Positions 39,801 to 52,799 of a stretch of 64,000 nucleotides of DNA are shown piece by piece; the stretch's first letter is position 1, and every line of letters begins with the position of its first letter. The stretch lies in contig NC_043005.1 of NCBI RefSeq assembly GCF_006345805.1, positions 8,618,001-8,682,000 of the forward strand, in the 5' to 3' direction. This DNA comes from Octopus sinensis (taxonomy: Eukaryota). Under the pieces are notes generated by a model. It was given only the letters and a program-made list of their open reading frames with translations, had not been told where the DNA came from and ran no database searches. The position numbers were made by a program, and so were the translations under genes.

Positions 39801-39949
39801 AAGAAAGCTGGCGGTGTTTAGACGAGCTACAACTATAATTGCAAAGTTATATATTTGAAAAAAATTGTGGCGTCTCCTACGGCATCTGCTTGCAGTTTAG
39901 AGTTCAATGTTACTGGGTTATACCAGGCCATCATCTTGACATTAATAAA

Positions 39950-40270
39950 TTTAGACGAAGATATTTAAAACTCTATCCTCCAAAAATGTACTAGTCCTTT
40001 ACAAAGAACATGAGAGACACATCTGAATACTGCTCCCACTTTTAGTCACAGTGCTAATGGTGCACATACATATATCATAGATCGTATTCAAGATTTTTTA
40101 GGCCAACACCCATTAACCTCTCGTGCACAGTACTGCTGATTATACAACAAAAACCCCAGTAGCCTCTACATCTTGGTTATGAATGATCACTGCCACTATC
40201 ACGCAGGTATTCTCGACTTCTCTCTTCTCCTGTAATACATGCTCTCACCCACGTCTATGCACCACACGAG
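39950..40270 (+). pseudogene. Highly decayed LINE RT C-terminal relic
   Basis: RRYL..., EYCSH and DRIQ-like motif remnants across frames. Confidence 0.4.
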
Positions 40271-40457
40271 CCACGTTTCTTTCTGTAAGTATCTATTTAT
40301 AAATATCTAAGACAAAATTATATATCTAACCAATTTCCGAGGTACTGTCAAAGTAAACTCTATATTCAAAGTAGTAAAAAAAAACTCCAAATATCAAATG
40401 TATTAATTTCGATGTGACGATAAGAAAATAATGGCGCTCTCTCAAGACTAAACAATG

Positions 40458-40498
<41 letters not shown>

Positions 40499-40565
40499 CA
40501 AAATCGGTAAGATAACAAAAGAAAGACAGAGACCTCAATATTATGTAAATAGAGGAAATTTATCT

Positions 40566-40695
40566 ATAAAATAATATGTTACATTTACTCAATAGTCACG
40601 ATAAAACTCTGAGATGGTGTTGTGGATTTCCACTTCGGCATCTGAAACTCAGAGTTTTATCTTGACTATTGAGTAAATGTAACATATTATTTTAT
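40566..40695. repeat. Inverted repeat with 48-bp arms and a 34-nt structured spacer, inside an element bounded by (TA)n
   Basis: 40566-40613 versus 40648-40695, one mismatch. Confidence 0.9.
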
Positions 40696-42369
40696 TTATA
40701 AAGGACTTTTCGCGAGCGTAAAACTAATACACCTGCTTGTTGTTTATACACCTCTCTTCGTCTCTTGTTTTAATGTAAATTTCAACTATATATATATATA
40801 TACATTTATACTCACACACACATACACATATATATACACGCTATTTACACACCTATACACTCACTCACATATATCTGGCAGCGTTTGTGTGCGTTTGTAT
40901 GTGTTTGTGCATGTGAGCACACATATATAACTATGATCTATTTCCTATTCCCAATATCTCCTCATTTAGAAACCAATACTGGCTCCATAGAAACGTTTCC
41001 TTTTAGTCTTATGTCTCGCTTATGCAAGGAATAAAAAGCTAAATGGCGCAGTGTAAGGGAAATGTACAGAGAATAAAAAATTAAACGCCATTATTCATCA
41101 GACCTACTATCTTAATTTTTCTTTTCTCAATTTCCTTTTTCTTATCTCTATATTAATAATTCTTTCTGTAACCGAAGAAAAACAAAATGCAAAATTATTG
41201 AATAGCAACAAAAATTCTATTTGTACCCGAAAATAAAAGCTATTGAATAGTAAAATTTCATGAGATTTATACCATAATTTTCTCTTTTTTTCTTCATTTT
41301 ATAGAAAGTATTATTTGTCTGATAAACAAACAATAACAAGCTGGACTGTTAAAGCGAGATGAACTGTTACAACAGAACGTATAACCATTCAGAAAGTCAG
41401 ACATCAAACAGAGTATAAAGACACATTGAAATTCAAAACTGAATGGAAAATGGAAAGAAATATATCAACAGCTGGAAAGATCCCTTGATGGAATAGTATA
41501 TTCTATTAGGAGCCCTCTTTCCTATATACTTTCAAGGTTTATAAAGCCTATTGATAATAGCTTTTTTGCCATGCTTAATCTAAGGTGACTTTGTTTTAAA
41601 ATATATCCTAACAGTATTTTACCAAACCTTGCAATGACATATTTTCGAAAGAATATATATATTTTTGAGTCGGGTTTTAACTCTTTTGTTTTTTAACATT
41701 CTCGGTATCTCTTTTTTTAAATTTTATCTTCCTTAACCATAGTCTATTTTTAGCATCCATTACTAAATGTTGTTTTCGATTAAATCTATTACGATATTGT
41801 TTATTTCCATTTATCTTAGAGCAAATCTTTTAAATTTTGTTGATTTTTATTTTTAGTTATATTTCGAGAGCAATATCTATTCAAGGAATACCACAAAGTA
41901 TGTTCTAAGATCATGGTAAGCCACTATAAACATGAAGTTTCGATTCCACACTAAAGACAATATGATTCGCTTATGACGCTAATGCCCCTCGGGAGATCAT
42001 GACACTCAAACATACCATTTCCTGTTAAGTAACAAACAAGTATGATTCTGTCTTGTAAGAGAAAAAAAATCAGGGTTGTTTTTTTATACAGAAGGTATAA
42101 TTAGTGGCTAATCAAATTTTGTGAGGGAGTTTCTATCTTGAGATAGTATTTTAAAGTATTTACTCATAACATGTGACAAGCCAAGTTATGTCGAGATCTG
42201 TATAGGTTATGCATGCAAAAGAAAAACGTGCCTTTTAGCAAAATATATACAATAGCGTAAAGAAATTTTGGATTGGATCATTATATATAAATAGATTGCA
42301 AATAATTTTATATTTTATGGTTTAATCAGTGAGGGAAGTGCAACATCCACCATACTTGGTTTAATTTTT

Positions 42370-42799
42370 CAAGTGACTGTGGGTTGTGTTATCACGATTG
42401 ACATTGACTCTCAGGTGTTTTAAGAGAGTACTCGCCACCACGCCAGACGCAAAAAGTTATAATCAAACTCCGCTAAATATACCTTAGATGCGAGGTGCGA
42501 GTGTTAACTAGGGAGACAGTTTAAGTCTAACACATAAGACCTGAGAATACAAAGATCGAATACTGAAGAGAATCCCATCTGAGTCTGTAAGAACTCTACC
42601 AAGCCATTACTCTAGACTGATACTTATTTTATCGACGGCAAACGAATAAAAATGTGAATTGCATTAATAGTACGCCAAGAGATGGAACGACTTCTAGGCA
42701 TTTATTCAATGCCCAAGTAACTGTGGGTTGTGTTATCACGATTGACATTGACTCACATGTGTTTTACGAGAACACTCACCACCACGCCAGACGCAAAAA
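42370..42799. repeat. 86-bp imperfect direct repeats, period 344 bp
   Basis: caagt(g/a)actgtgggttgtgttatcacgattgacattgactc...ccaccacgccagacgcaaaaa at 42370-42455 and 42714-42799. Confidence 0.9.
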
Positions 42800-42867
42800 T
42801 ACCGGCAAATATAGAGTGCATGTACGTTAAGTATACGTGGTCGATAATGTTCATTACATTAGCGCTG

Positions 42868-42932
<65 letters not shown>

Positions 42933-42949
42933 TTATTATTATTATTATT

Positions 42950-43320
42950 TATGGGTTTTTCTTCTTTCAAATTTGCTTCCATTTCTTGCCGAGTGTCTTC
43001 CCGACTCCTAGGGCAAAGAAACTCATAGTATACATTGGTAGGCCATTAAACCAAATTCAGTAGTTCGTTCATTTTTATTTTTTTAAATTAAATTAAAATA
43101 CATGAGCAGCAACAGTTCTCACATCGACAATGCTCTTCTCAATACGTGTGATGTACCAGTTAAGACAATCTTTTGCACTTCTTGCAGGGATGGTAAGCCA
43201 GGGATCATTCTCATATAATTTTCGGTTCCCTTCTTGATCATTCCTAGTGCTCCTACGATCACTGGTATTGTAACCGCCTTGAGATTCCACATTTTCTCAA
43301 TTTCAATGAGTAGGTCTTTA

Positions 43321-43322
<2 letters not shown>
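42950..43322 (-). mobile_element. Short 5'-truncated Dong/R4-clade LINE 3' end inserted in a (TAA)n array
   Basis: 43119-43322 minus reads YKDLLIEIEKMWNLKAVTIPVIVGALGMIKKGTENYMRMIPGLPSLQEVQKIVLTGTSHVLRRALSM* without internal stops; (TAT)n at 42868-42950 and 43320-43550. Confidence 0.88.
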
Positions 43323-43390
<68 letters not shown>

Positions 43391-43426
43391 GTTATTATTA
43401 TTATTATAATTATAATTATTATTATA

Positions 43427-43470
<44 letters not shown>

Positions 43471-44199
43471 CATCATCATTATTATTATTATTTTTTATTT
43501 TTTTATTATTATTATTGTTATTATTATTATTGCTGTTGTTGTTATTATTGAGTGTCTGAGAGCGAAGCAAATGCCATCAAAGTGACACTGGTGTACAAAT
43601 ATACGAAACCCAATATATCCATCATGACTATCTGTCTGAGAAGGATCACACTAGGCACGTGCATCACAGCTGTATGCGCGAGACATGGTGAGGGCATGAC
43701 CTTGCCGGTGTGGCTCTGTTAAAAATTTTCTTCAGGTGATGTAGCCTATCCCGCTCGAAAGGTCCCTGAATAGGGGTTGGTTAAGGATGTTGAACGAAAC
43801 AACGAAACGCCCATGTTTCCAGAGGCAAATTACCAAAACCCTCGAGAATTCCCCTCCATGGCTATGATGTTCCCCCACTACTACTACTACTTGTGATCAG
43901 AGACGCATACATCGTCAGCCACCAAGGGACATGCTCCACTGGCTAAGGTCAAACAACTGACAAGCAAATCTGTGGCATTGAGCAGAATATTTGCTGCAGC
44001 CAGTATTTTATCCCAAGACAAAACATCTACATGATGGCTCTTCCAATCACTTAAGATCAGTTCATGTTTAACAGCGTTTCATCAGTCTTTACGTTATAAG
44101 TTCAACTTTGCCTTTCATCCTTTCGACTTCCTTCTGCCGAGCTCAGCTTTGCCTTTTTCCTTCTCCTAAGAAGCTGCTGTGCCTAATTTGAAACCATCA

Positions 44200-44256
44200 T
44201 GCTTCTTCTTCTTCTTCTTCTTTCTTCTTCTTCTTCTTCTTCTTCTTCTTCTTCTT

Positions 44257-44287
<31 letters not shown>

Positions 44288-44325
44288 CACCACTACTACT
44301 ACAACTACTACTACTACTTCTTCTT

Positions 44326-44356
<31 letters not shown>

Positions 44357-44409
44357 CACTACTACTACCACTACTACTACAACTACTACTACTTCTTCTT
44401 CTTCTTCTT

Positions 44410-44440
<31 letters not shown>

Positions 44441-44660
44441 GGCTACTACTACTGCTGCCGCTGTTCCGGCAGCTGGCCCTCCTCCTCCTGCTGTCTCTCT
44501 TCCTCCTCCAGCTATCCCTCTTCCTCCTCCTGCTGTCTCTCTTCCTCCTGCTGTCCTTCTTCCTCCTCCTGCTGCCCCCCTCTATATACTTTCTTCCTCC
44601 TCCTGCTATTCCGTCTCCTCCTCCTGCTGCCCTGTTATTGTTGCTATTGTTGCTACTGTT
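44200..44660. repeat. Compound trinucleotide array (CTT, CTA, CCA, CTC, CTG)
   Basis: Seen directly. Confidence 0.93.
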
Positions 44661-45683
44661 GCTGTCATCTCTAAATTGCCTGTCCAAAATTTATCTCCCA
44701 TGTACCTTACCTCGTCTCTTAAACATCCATACAAGTAGATACTGGCACCCCCTCCCCTCCAATCACCTCCAACATCATATATTTTCGTTTGTTAACATCA
44801 GAAATCACCATTACTATTATTTACTGACATAAAATAATATTCCCATTATTATCATATCCACTTCTATAACTATTATCATCACCTCGTTTCGTATCATTAT
44901 ACCTACCATCAAATGAGTCATCGGATCAATGTGTATGTGTAAGTGTGTGTGTGTGTGTGTGTGTGAATGTGTGCGTTTGTGAGTGTGTGTGTGGGTGTGT
45001 GTGAATATATTTACGGTTCTGCACGATATTGATGTCTTGTTTAGTCCCAGACTCTTAGTCTGAGAGTCACAGTTCGCAATGGTTATTGGGATAATTGCTG
45101 CAGTGATATCAAATTATCTGGTTATATGATTGGATATCAATGAAACAATCCTGAAATTAAAGGTTCGTCAGATATCTCGAATTATATTATTATATTATAT
45201 ACACTCAATGCTTATGTCTGTGTACAGACATTTGTTTCTATGCCAATGTACGTAAATGTATGTTCAGCTTAATATGAAATGAGAAGCGCGTATAGGTTTG
45301 TCTATACTTATTTTTGTGAGTTCATTTTATAGAAACATACAGACACGGACACATACAAACTCACAGAGATATTGGACGGAAAACTTAAATAAAAAAAAAA
45401 CAGTAGTACATGTATTGCTTGTATAAATGTACTATTTAGATTGTGAACGCAATTAATTTAGTTGGATCAAGGCGTTTGTAAGCATGTACTGCCATAATTC
45501 ACCATACTAAATAAAAACATACCTGTATAATTGTAGACTGTTTCGTGAGATTGCAGTATTGATTTTAATCCCTGTCGCAGATGTGGATCCAATGTTTCAG
45601 AAGGTAAATTAAAGATTCAGTATTCAGACAAGAAGCCTATATTGGTCGCATATATCAAAGCAAAATTTCACCTCAGCTTTAAT

Positions 45684-45888
45684 TACTCTTTTACTTGTTT
45701 CAGTCATTTGACTGCGGCCATGCTGAAGCACCGCCTTTTAGTCGAGCAAATCGACCCCCGGGACTTATTCTTTGTAAGCCCAGTACTTATTCTATCGGTC
45801 TCTTTTGCCGAACCGCTAAGTGACGGGGACGTAAACACACCAGCATCGGTTGTCAAGCAATGCTAGGGGGACAAACACAGACACACAA

Positions 45889-45919
<31 letters not shown>

Positions 45920-46090
45920 CATATATACAACAGGCTTCTTTCAGTTTCCGTCTACCAAATCCACTCACAAGGCATTGGTCGGCCCGGGGCTATACAGAAG
46001 ACATTTGCCCAAGATGCCACACAGTGGGACTTAACCCGCAACCATGTGGTTGGTTAGCAAGCTACTTACCACACAGCCACTCCTGCACCT
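45684..46090 (-). mobile_element. SINE family B
   Basis: Homologue of 24842-25241. Confidence 0.9.
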
Positions 46091-46970
46091 ATAATAATAA
46101 TTTTTCTATTAAAATATCCCTCCATCTATAACTGTTGCTCTTTCAGATGGATATTGTAAGAATTCAATAAAAGTGCTATTGTCGTTGTAATCAAGCTAAA
46201 TTTAAGCTGGCATATTTATGCTCATACGTACCCCAGGTTGTATCAGCCTATCGCTTGTTTATTTTTAAAACCGTGTGTCTAAACTATGATAGCAAATGCG
46301 TGTTTGCATTTTAATACATGATATTGTGATTTGAGAGTGATTTGACTGCTTCTTAGTACCGATTATTTGTAGAATTCCTCCTTTAAACACGTCCTGTGAA
46401 TAAGTAAATGCACGAAAAATAAAATGTTTTTAGCGGAGGTGAACAACGATTCACAAACAATGTAGATTACTTCGCTTGTTACCCGATTTTTCAAGCCATT
46501 GAAAATGTGTTAATATTGTATTTTCCATTTGACGCTCACATAAACTACACCTCAATTTAAAGTATAATTAGAGTGACAAAGAGAGAATGAGTCAAGATAA
46601 AAAGACGCATCATAGCCAAGTAATATATTTGATATTATATAAGAATCACGTGATTTATTCCGTTTGTCAGATGGAGCCAAGTGCCTTCTGTTAGTTGTTA
46701 TATAAAGGTTGGTATTATATACAATCTTTGGGAAAGCACTCAAGGTATATTATGATGAGATGATATTCTGCTTTCTCTCTGTGAATTGGAAGGTAGTTTT
46801 TCAACAATGAGGACGTTTTTCTGCAGGACATAGTTTAAAAATTGGTATTCTTCTCTAAAATTTATTATGAAGTTAAAACGAAAAATACGCTCAGAGAGAG
46901 AGAGAAGGGAGAGAACGTGGAGGTATATGGTGCAAGAAAGAATGGAAAAGGATAGCTGTAAATACCAAAC

Positions 46971-47013
<43 letters not shown>

Positions 47014-49095
47014 GAGAAGATGGAGAGAGTGAATGAAATATCAGATGTTATGATATTATTATCGCTGTGAAAACACTTCTTCGACAGACAATGAAAATAA
47101 TTGTTCAGATTGAATCTATTTCTGCTAAACAATTTTTCAAGAGAGGTTTAGAAAAAGAAGCTAAAAGTTGTTATGGCAACACTGTGAAAATGAGAAGCTG
47201 TTTTGTGGTTTCAGATATGATTGCCAATATAGTTTATGTCTCTTTAAATGTATGGAGGAGAAAAAGTGTTAGTAAAACGTGATTGCTATATTTGGATAGA
47301 ACACATGGACAATCACGCTAGAACTATGGAAGAGTAGATAAAGAATAATTTTGTATGTTAACATTCCACCAATGCATTCTCTTTTGAATGAGAATAATAA
47401 AAAGTAAACAATACCGAACCATATACATACAACATAAATACAAATCACCAACTATGACTCCATGGTAGATTCTCCAAATAGTAAAAGAATTGCCGCCGAG
47501 AAAAGTTTATCTGTAAACACGATCTACGTGCGGTATGTAAGCAAAATTATGTAAAAAAATTATATGAACGTAAAATGGTAAAGTGAAAGTCTGTCCGAAA
47601 CACACAAGCTGTATGTATCATTATACGGAGCATCAAGGTTATAAATGCTCCTCATGAGGAGCACCTAGTGTTATTCGCCAAGGACTAGTTTGCGACAGCG
47701 TGATCTCCGATAAAAAAAAACCCGGTGGAAGGTGGTGGTGCTAAACGTGGTGATATGATGTTCCTTCAATGCAGTTTAGTTCTGAATTTAAGCATCCTGT
47801 AGAAGAGCAAATTTTTCTGTCTTTTGATACATAATTGTATCCAAATAACAAAAGATTGGTTCGAATATTTGGAACATAATTTTTTTTTATATCGAATGGC
47901 GGGATATACCCATCACCAGGAAATTAATTATTATAGTTATGTTTTATATATGTGCCTTAATTGTTGCCAATTTGCTGATGGTTAGCTGGGTAATTTATAT
48001 TGTTAAGTGTAACAAAGTGAAGATTATTATGCATTATAAATGATTTTACGTAGTTTATTATTTAACCTATAATAAAGAGAAGATATGTTTAATTAATAAT
48101 CGATTTCATAGGCAGAATACTTATAACATTAATTTACTAAGCATTATTTGCCGCTACATGATCCTTTATATAGAAGCACATACGCATAATTATTAAGTTC
48201 AGTTAGAGCATAATGACGTTGCATAAATTTAAATTATTTATTTATTAGGGAAATATTATACACAAGAGAATATATTGCGACGATGCCATGTCAACGCTTA
48301 CAGATATAACAAAACTAGACATCAGAATGTAACGTTAATTATATTTTATTTATGAGGTAGGAATTCTAAAATTTGGTTAGAGTAAGAGTGTCAATTTTGA
48401 TGGCATTAAATATAATTTTATTATTTACAATATACAAGAGTTTTTATGCAATAATGAGCTAATAAATAATGGCCGCCATTTGTTGTAGTTTTACACGTCT
48501 GGTCGGAGGCCGAGCATTGCTTTTTGGTAATGAGAAACCCCATTGCTTTATTGTTTCTTCTAGGATTAAATATAATTCTGAGTATTATATTGCAACTCTT
48601 GAATCGTTTAAAATTGCTGAATTAAATGCCTTTCATGCTAAGTATTTTTTTACATCATTAGCTTTTACATACTAAGCTGTGGTTATAACATGTATACTAC
48701 AGATTTCACATGTATTTAATAACATTTCCGCTTAGAATTAACATATGTATTATTTTCTAGTAACGTTTGTAAATGTGTTCTCCTGCAACCTATCTCATAG
48801 CACGTATTGTATACTTCACCTATCTCTTTGATGTTACCATATATGAAATACTACCTTTTTCACACGTCACATAACATATATTTCGGGGTTGGAGTTAATA
48901 ATTTTTATATGCATTTTCGTGCAAGTAGTCCTCTTTATATTTCTGCTACTCGAAAAATTACTACACGGCATCAGGTATTTCTAAAAATATAATCTTATGG
49001 TAAAGGTTTTAAAAGATGGATAAAAAATAAATATACAGATCATAGAAGACATGTCTCCCATTATCTCTATCTATCTATATCTATCTATCTATCTA

Positions 49096-49136
<41 letters not shown>

Positions 49137-49244
49137 GTCTATCTGTCTATCTGTCTGTCTGTCTGTCTGTCTATACATACATACATACATACATACATAC
49201 ATACATGCATACATACATACATACATACATACAAACACACACAC

Positions 49245-49420
49245 ATATATAGTTGAAATTTACAGAAAAATAAAACACCAAGATAGGTGTATAAACAACA
49301 AGCAAGTGTATTAGTTTGACGGCTCGGAAAGGGGAGAAAGTATTTTACATTTCGTGTCTAAACTCTTCAGCAGAAAGGAACACGAAGAAATAAACCGAGA
49401 GAGAATAAAACAACTTGTGG
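49245..49420 (-). mobile_element. Penelope-type terminal fragment related to 12796-12990
   Basis: Shares ggtg..aaacaacaa..caa.tgtattagt and the hammerhead-like block. Confidence 0.55.
49343..49377 (-). ncRNA. Decayed hammerhead-like motif, A6C core variant
   Basis: cttt-CTGCTGA-a-gagt(ttag)acac-GAAA-TGT-A-aaa; one helix II mismatch, ACGU changed to AUGU. Confidence 0.4.
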
Positions 49421-49739
49421 AGTTGGCGGTCAATCAAGACAGGCTTGATAAGGTACGAAAGGGCTACTTGTCCCTCAATGATGTGTCGAATCCCCATTCT
49501 CACTGCTCCATATTAGCGTAGGCATACATACTAATATACATGGTGGCTGCCCACCTCATTATCGAGTATGGCTATTGTGCGAAGCTTAATCAATGTTGTT
49601 ATCGCGCAATGCCTGTGCAAAAAGAGTTTTTTTAAAGTGAGGAAAGACTGTGCACTGAGTCAATCCCACTCACTAAGCAACAGCAGCCATAATCCGAAAA
49701 GAAGAACAAGTCAACATCATCGGTAACCACTGAGCTGCA

Positions 49740-50080
49740 GGTTTTATGTTGGAGTTATCCCAGTTACCTGAGTTATCTTCTCCTAGAAGGATGCCCTAAC
49801 AAAGGCTAGGAGTCCTTCACCCCCAATGATTTAACCGCGCGATGGGGTATTCAGTCTGATTATTTCTATGTCTCCGCGCAAGACATTTATTGTACGGCCG
49901 TTGACTCTCAAGAGTTCCTCTGCTCTTTGACGGGTTTTGTTTTTCATCCCGCAGGGTGTCCAACTAACACCCTCCTCACCAAAGCTTGGTGGAGTTGCCG
50001 GTTTAGTTGCCGACGACCCGACCATGCACCAGGTTGTACTGGGTTACATGTTGCCAGTAGCACTCAAAAGTGACCTGACA
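49740..50080 (-). mobile_element. Probable RTE-clade LINE 5' UTR relic
   Basis: GC-richer block containing ctaggagaagataactc, resembling RTE 5' ends; no ORF motif seen. Confidence 0.35.
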
Positions 50081-50758
50081 TAAACTAATATACATATATG
50101 TTTTATATACAGTATTTGTTCCCTATGCACAACACAAAACTATAACATTCTATTCTCTAAGGAGCAATTATTGAATGAGAAGATTGAGAAAGTTTCACCC
50201 TGCTTACATGTAACTAAATACCTATTTTCCAGATATCCCTAAAGGTTTCTTTAATTATTACTATTAAGTAGTAGACTGGATACGTCCTTTATTAACCGTA
50301 AAATATTTATTTTATAGAATTGTTGAATTCATGACTAAATATATTGGTAAATATCTGAATTACATATGTCTTCTAAGAATCATTAATATTCTCTTAAAAA
50401 TATTATGAAATAGAAAACTAGATATATTGATATATCTTATTAGGTTAATACCTTACTCTACTATAGATGTTGCGATGGAATATATTCAATTATTATAGAT
50501 ATATACATATAGATACTTTATATATACTAAATGGACTATCCTAGATATATACATACAGAGACACAGACACACACGCACACACACACACACATACAAACAC
50601 ACACACCACACACACATATATATATATATTTATATATATATATATATATATAATATATATATATATGTATATATATACATACACATTAATAAATATTTAT
50701 TATTTCAAGTAATAACTATTGGATATTTTATATTAACATATGAAATTATGACTTAAAC

Positions 50759-50797
<39 letters not shown>

Positions 50798-50850
50798 ATA
50801 CAGATAATATATATATATATATAATATATATATATATATAATGTATATAT

Positions 50851-51874
50851 ATAAAACTTACTTGGAAGCAGATGCGTGGCTTTTCATCATATAATAACAA
50901 AATAATAAATAAAACATATGCATATATACATACATATATGTACGTAGCTACATCTATAAGTATATATACATGCATATATGGGTACAGAACACAAAAAAAA
51001 ACTTCGAACACAATGAGAAACGAAAACATAAAAACAAAACCACGGAAACAAGACAGTTTTTTTCAATAACGATAAAACAGAGTACAAGACATACAACACA
51101 AGGAAAATTCACTTTCTTCAGCCGCCTCTGCTTCGTCTATTCCGTATTTCGAAGGTAAAGGCGAGACACGACTTCGTTGAAACAATCCTTCCTGCAAAGT
51201 AAATCAAATAAAATTTGTGAGTTTTTGCGGAGGTGTAAAAGTGGTAACAAAACAGGAGAGTAAACACAAAACAAATAAAAGCAGCAAAAGACAGGATAAT
51301 GAGAATAACAGTAACACAGACAGTAAGGGCTGTTAAGCCTGAACATAGAAAAATTATTTTGAACGCTTTGAAAACGGCTTGAGAGTGGGACAGAAAAGGC
51401 CCTCTACACTTGTTGGAGGCAGTAGTCAGAAAGACAGTGGCGTCTGGTCACGTGTCAGTGACGAAAGGGAGGAGGAGGAGTAAGAGAAAATGAAACGCTG
51501 AAAGGGAGAGGAAAAAAGAGGGAGGGTGGTAGAGAACACCAGAAAGAATGAAGAATGAGAGAGGGAGGGGGACAGAAAGGTTAAGAGTGGGCATTATTAT
51601 TATTAAGATAAAACTTACTTGGAAGTGGATGAGTGACGTTCCATCATATTATAACAAAATAATAAATAAAATATATGCATATATACATACATATATGTAC
51701 GGACCTACATCTATATGTATATATACATGCATATATGGGTACAGGACACCAAAAAAAAACGTCGACAACAATGAGAAACGAAAACATAAAAACAAAACCA
51801 TGGAAACGGACAGTTTTTTCAATAACGAAAAAACAGAGTACAAGACATACAACACAAGGAAAATTTCCCTTCTT
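50851..51874. mobile_element. About 267-bp direct repeats (50851-51118 and 51608-51874), period 757 bp
   Basis: ataaaacttacttggaag...gagtacaagacatacaacacaaggaaaatt in both; (TA)n flanks. Confidence 0.85.
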
Positions 51875-52021
51875 ATTTTGTTATTATATATATATGTATA
51901 TATATATATGTATGTATATAAATAATATACATATATATATGTATATAAACAATATACATATATATATGTATATGTATACAAATAATATATAATACATACA
52001 TACATGTATAACTCTCTCTCT

Positions 52022-52426
52022 TTAATCTTTTACTTGCTTCAGTCATGTGACTGTGGCCATGCTGGAGCATCGCCTTTAGTCGATCAAATCGACCCCAGGA
52101 CTTATTCTTTGTAAGCCTAGTATTTATTTTATCGGTCTCTTTTTTGCCGAACCGCTCAGTTGCGGGGACGTAAACACACCTGCATCGGTTGTCATGTGAT
52201 GTTGGGGGGACAAACACAGACACAAAAATACGCACATACATATATATAGATATAGATATATACGACGGGCTTCTTTCAGTTTCCGTCTACCAAATCCACT
52301 CACAAGTCTTTGGTCGGCCCCAGGCTATAGTAGAAGACACCCACCCAAGGTGCCACGCAGTGGGACTGAACCCGGAACCATGTGGTTCGTAAGCAAGCTA
52401 CTTATCACACAGCCACTCCTACGCCT
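52022..52426 (-). mobile_element. SINE family B
   Basis: Homologue of 2644-3130. Confidence 0.88.
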
Positions 52427-52450
52427 ATATATATATATTATATATATATA

Positions 52451-52792
52451 GGCGCATGGCTCAGTGAAGGCGCATGGCTCAGTCGAGCTTACGATCGTGA
52501 GGTTGTGAGATCGAATCCCGGACCGGGCTGCGTGTTGTGTTCTCGAGCAAGGCACTTTATTTCACGTTGCTCCAGTTCACTCAGCTGTAGAAATGAGTTG
52601 CGACGTCACTGGTGCCAAGCTGTATCGACCTTTGTCTTTCCCTTGGATAACACTGGTGGAGTGGAGAGGGGAAGCTGGTATGCATGGGCGACTGCTGGCC
52701 TTCCATAAAAACAACCTTGCCCAGACTTGTGTCTAGGAGGGTAACTTTCTAGGTGCAATCCCATGGTCATTCATGACCGAAGGGGGTCTTTA
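52451..52792 (+). mobile_element. tRNA-derived CORE-type SINE family E
   Basis: Duplicated head ggcgcatggctcagt, gatcgaatcccgg B-box-like motif, CORE-like gagcaaggcactttatttcacgttgctccagttcactcagctgtagaaatgagt. Confidence 0.75.
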
Positions 52793-52799
52793 CCTATAT

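Noticed and set aside
44166-44832. 173-217 aa poly-Leu/Ser/Thr/Arg ORFs
   Set aside because: Trinucleotide repeat artefacts
47165-47272. 35-aa six-cysteine peptide KLLWQHCENEKLFCGFRYDCQYSLCLFKCMEEKKC
   Set aside because: No start codon or signal peptide; TGT codons are common by chance in AT-rich DNA
51130-51190. tcaacgaag...cttcgaaata hammerhead-like spacing on the minus strand
   Set aside because: Essential G5 is absent and helix I does not pair
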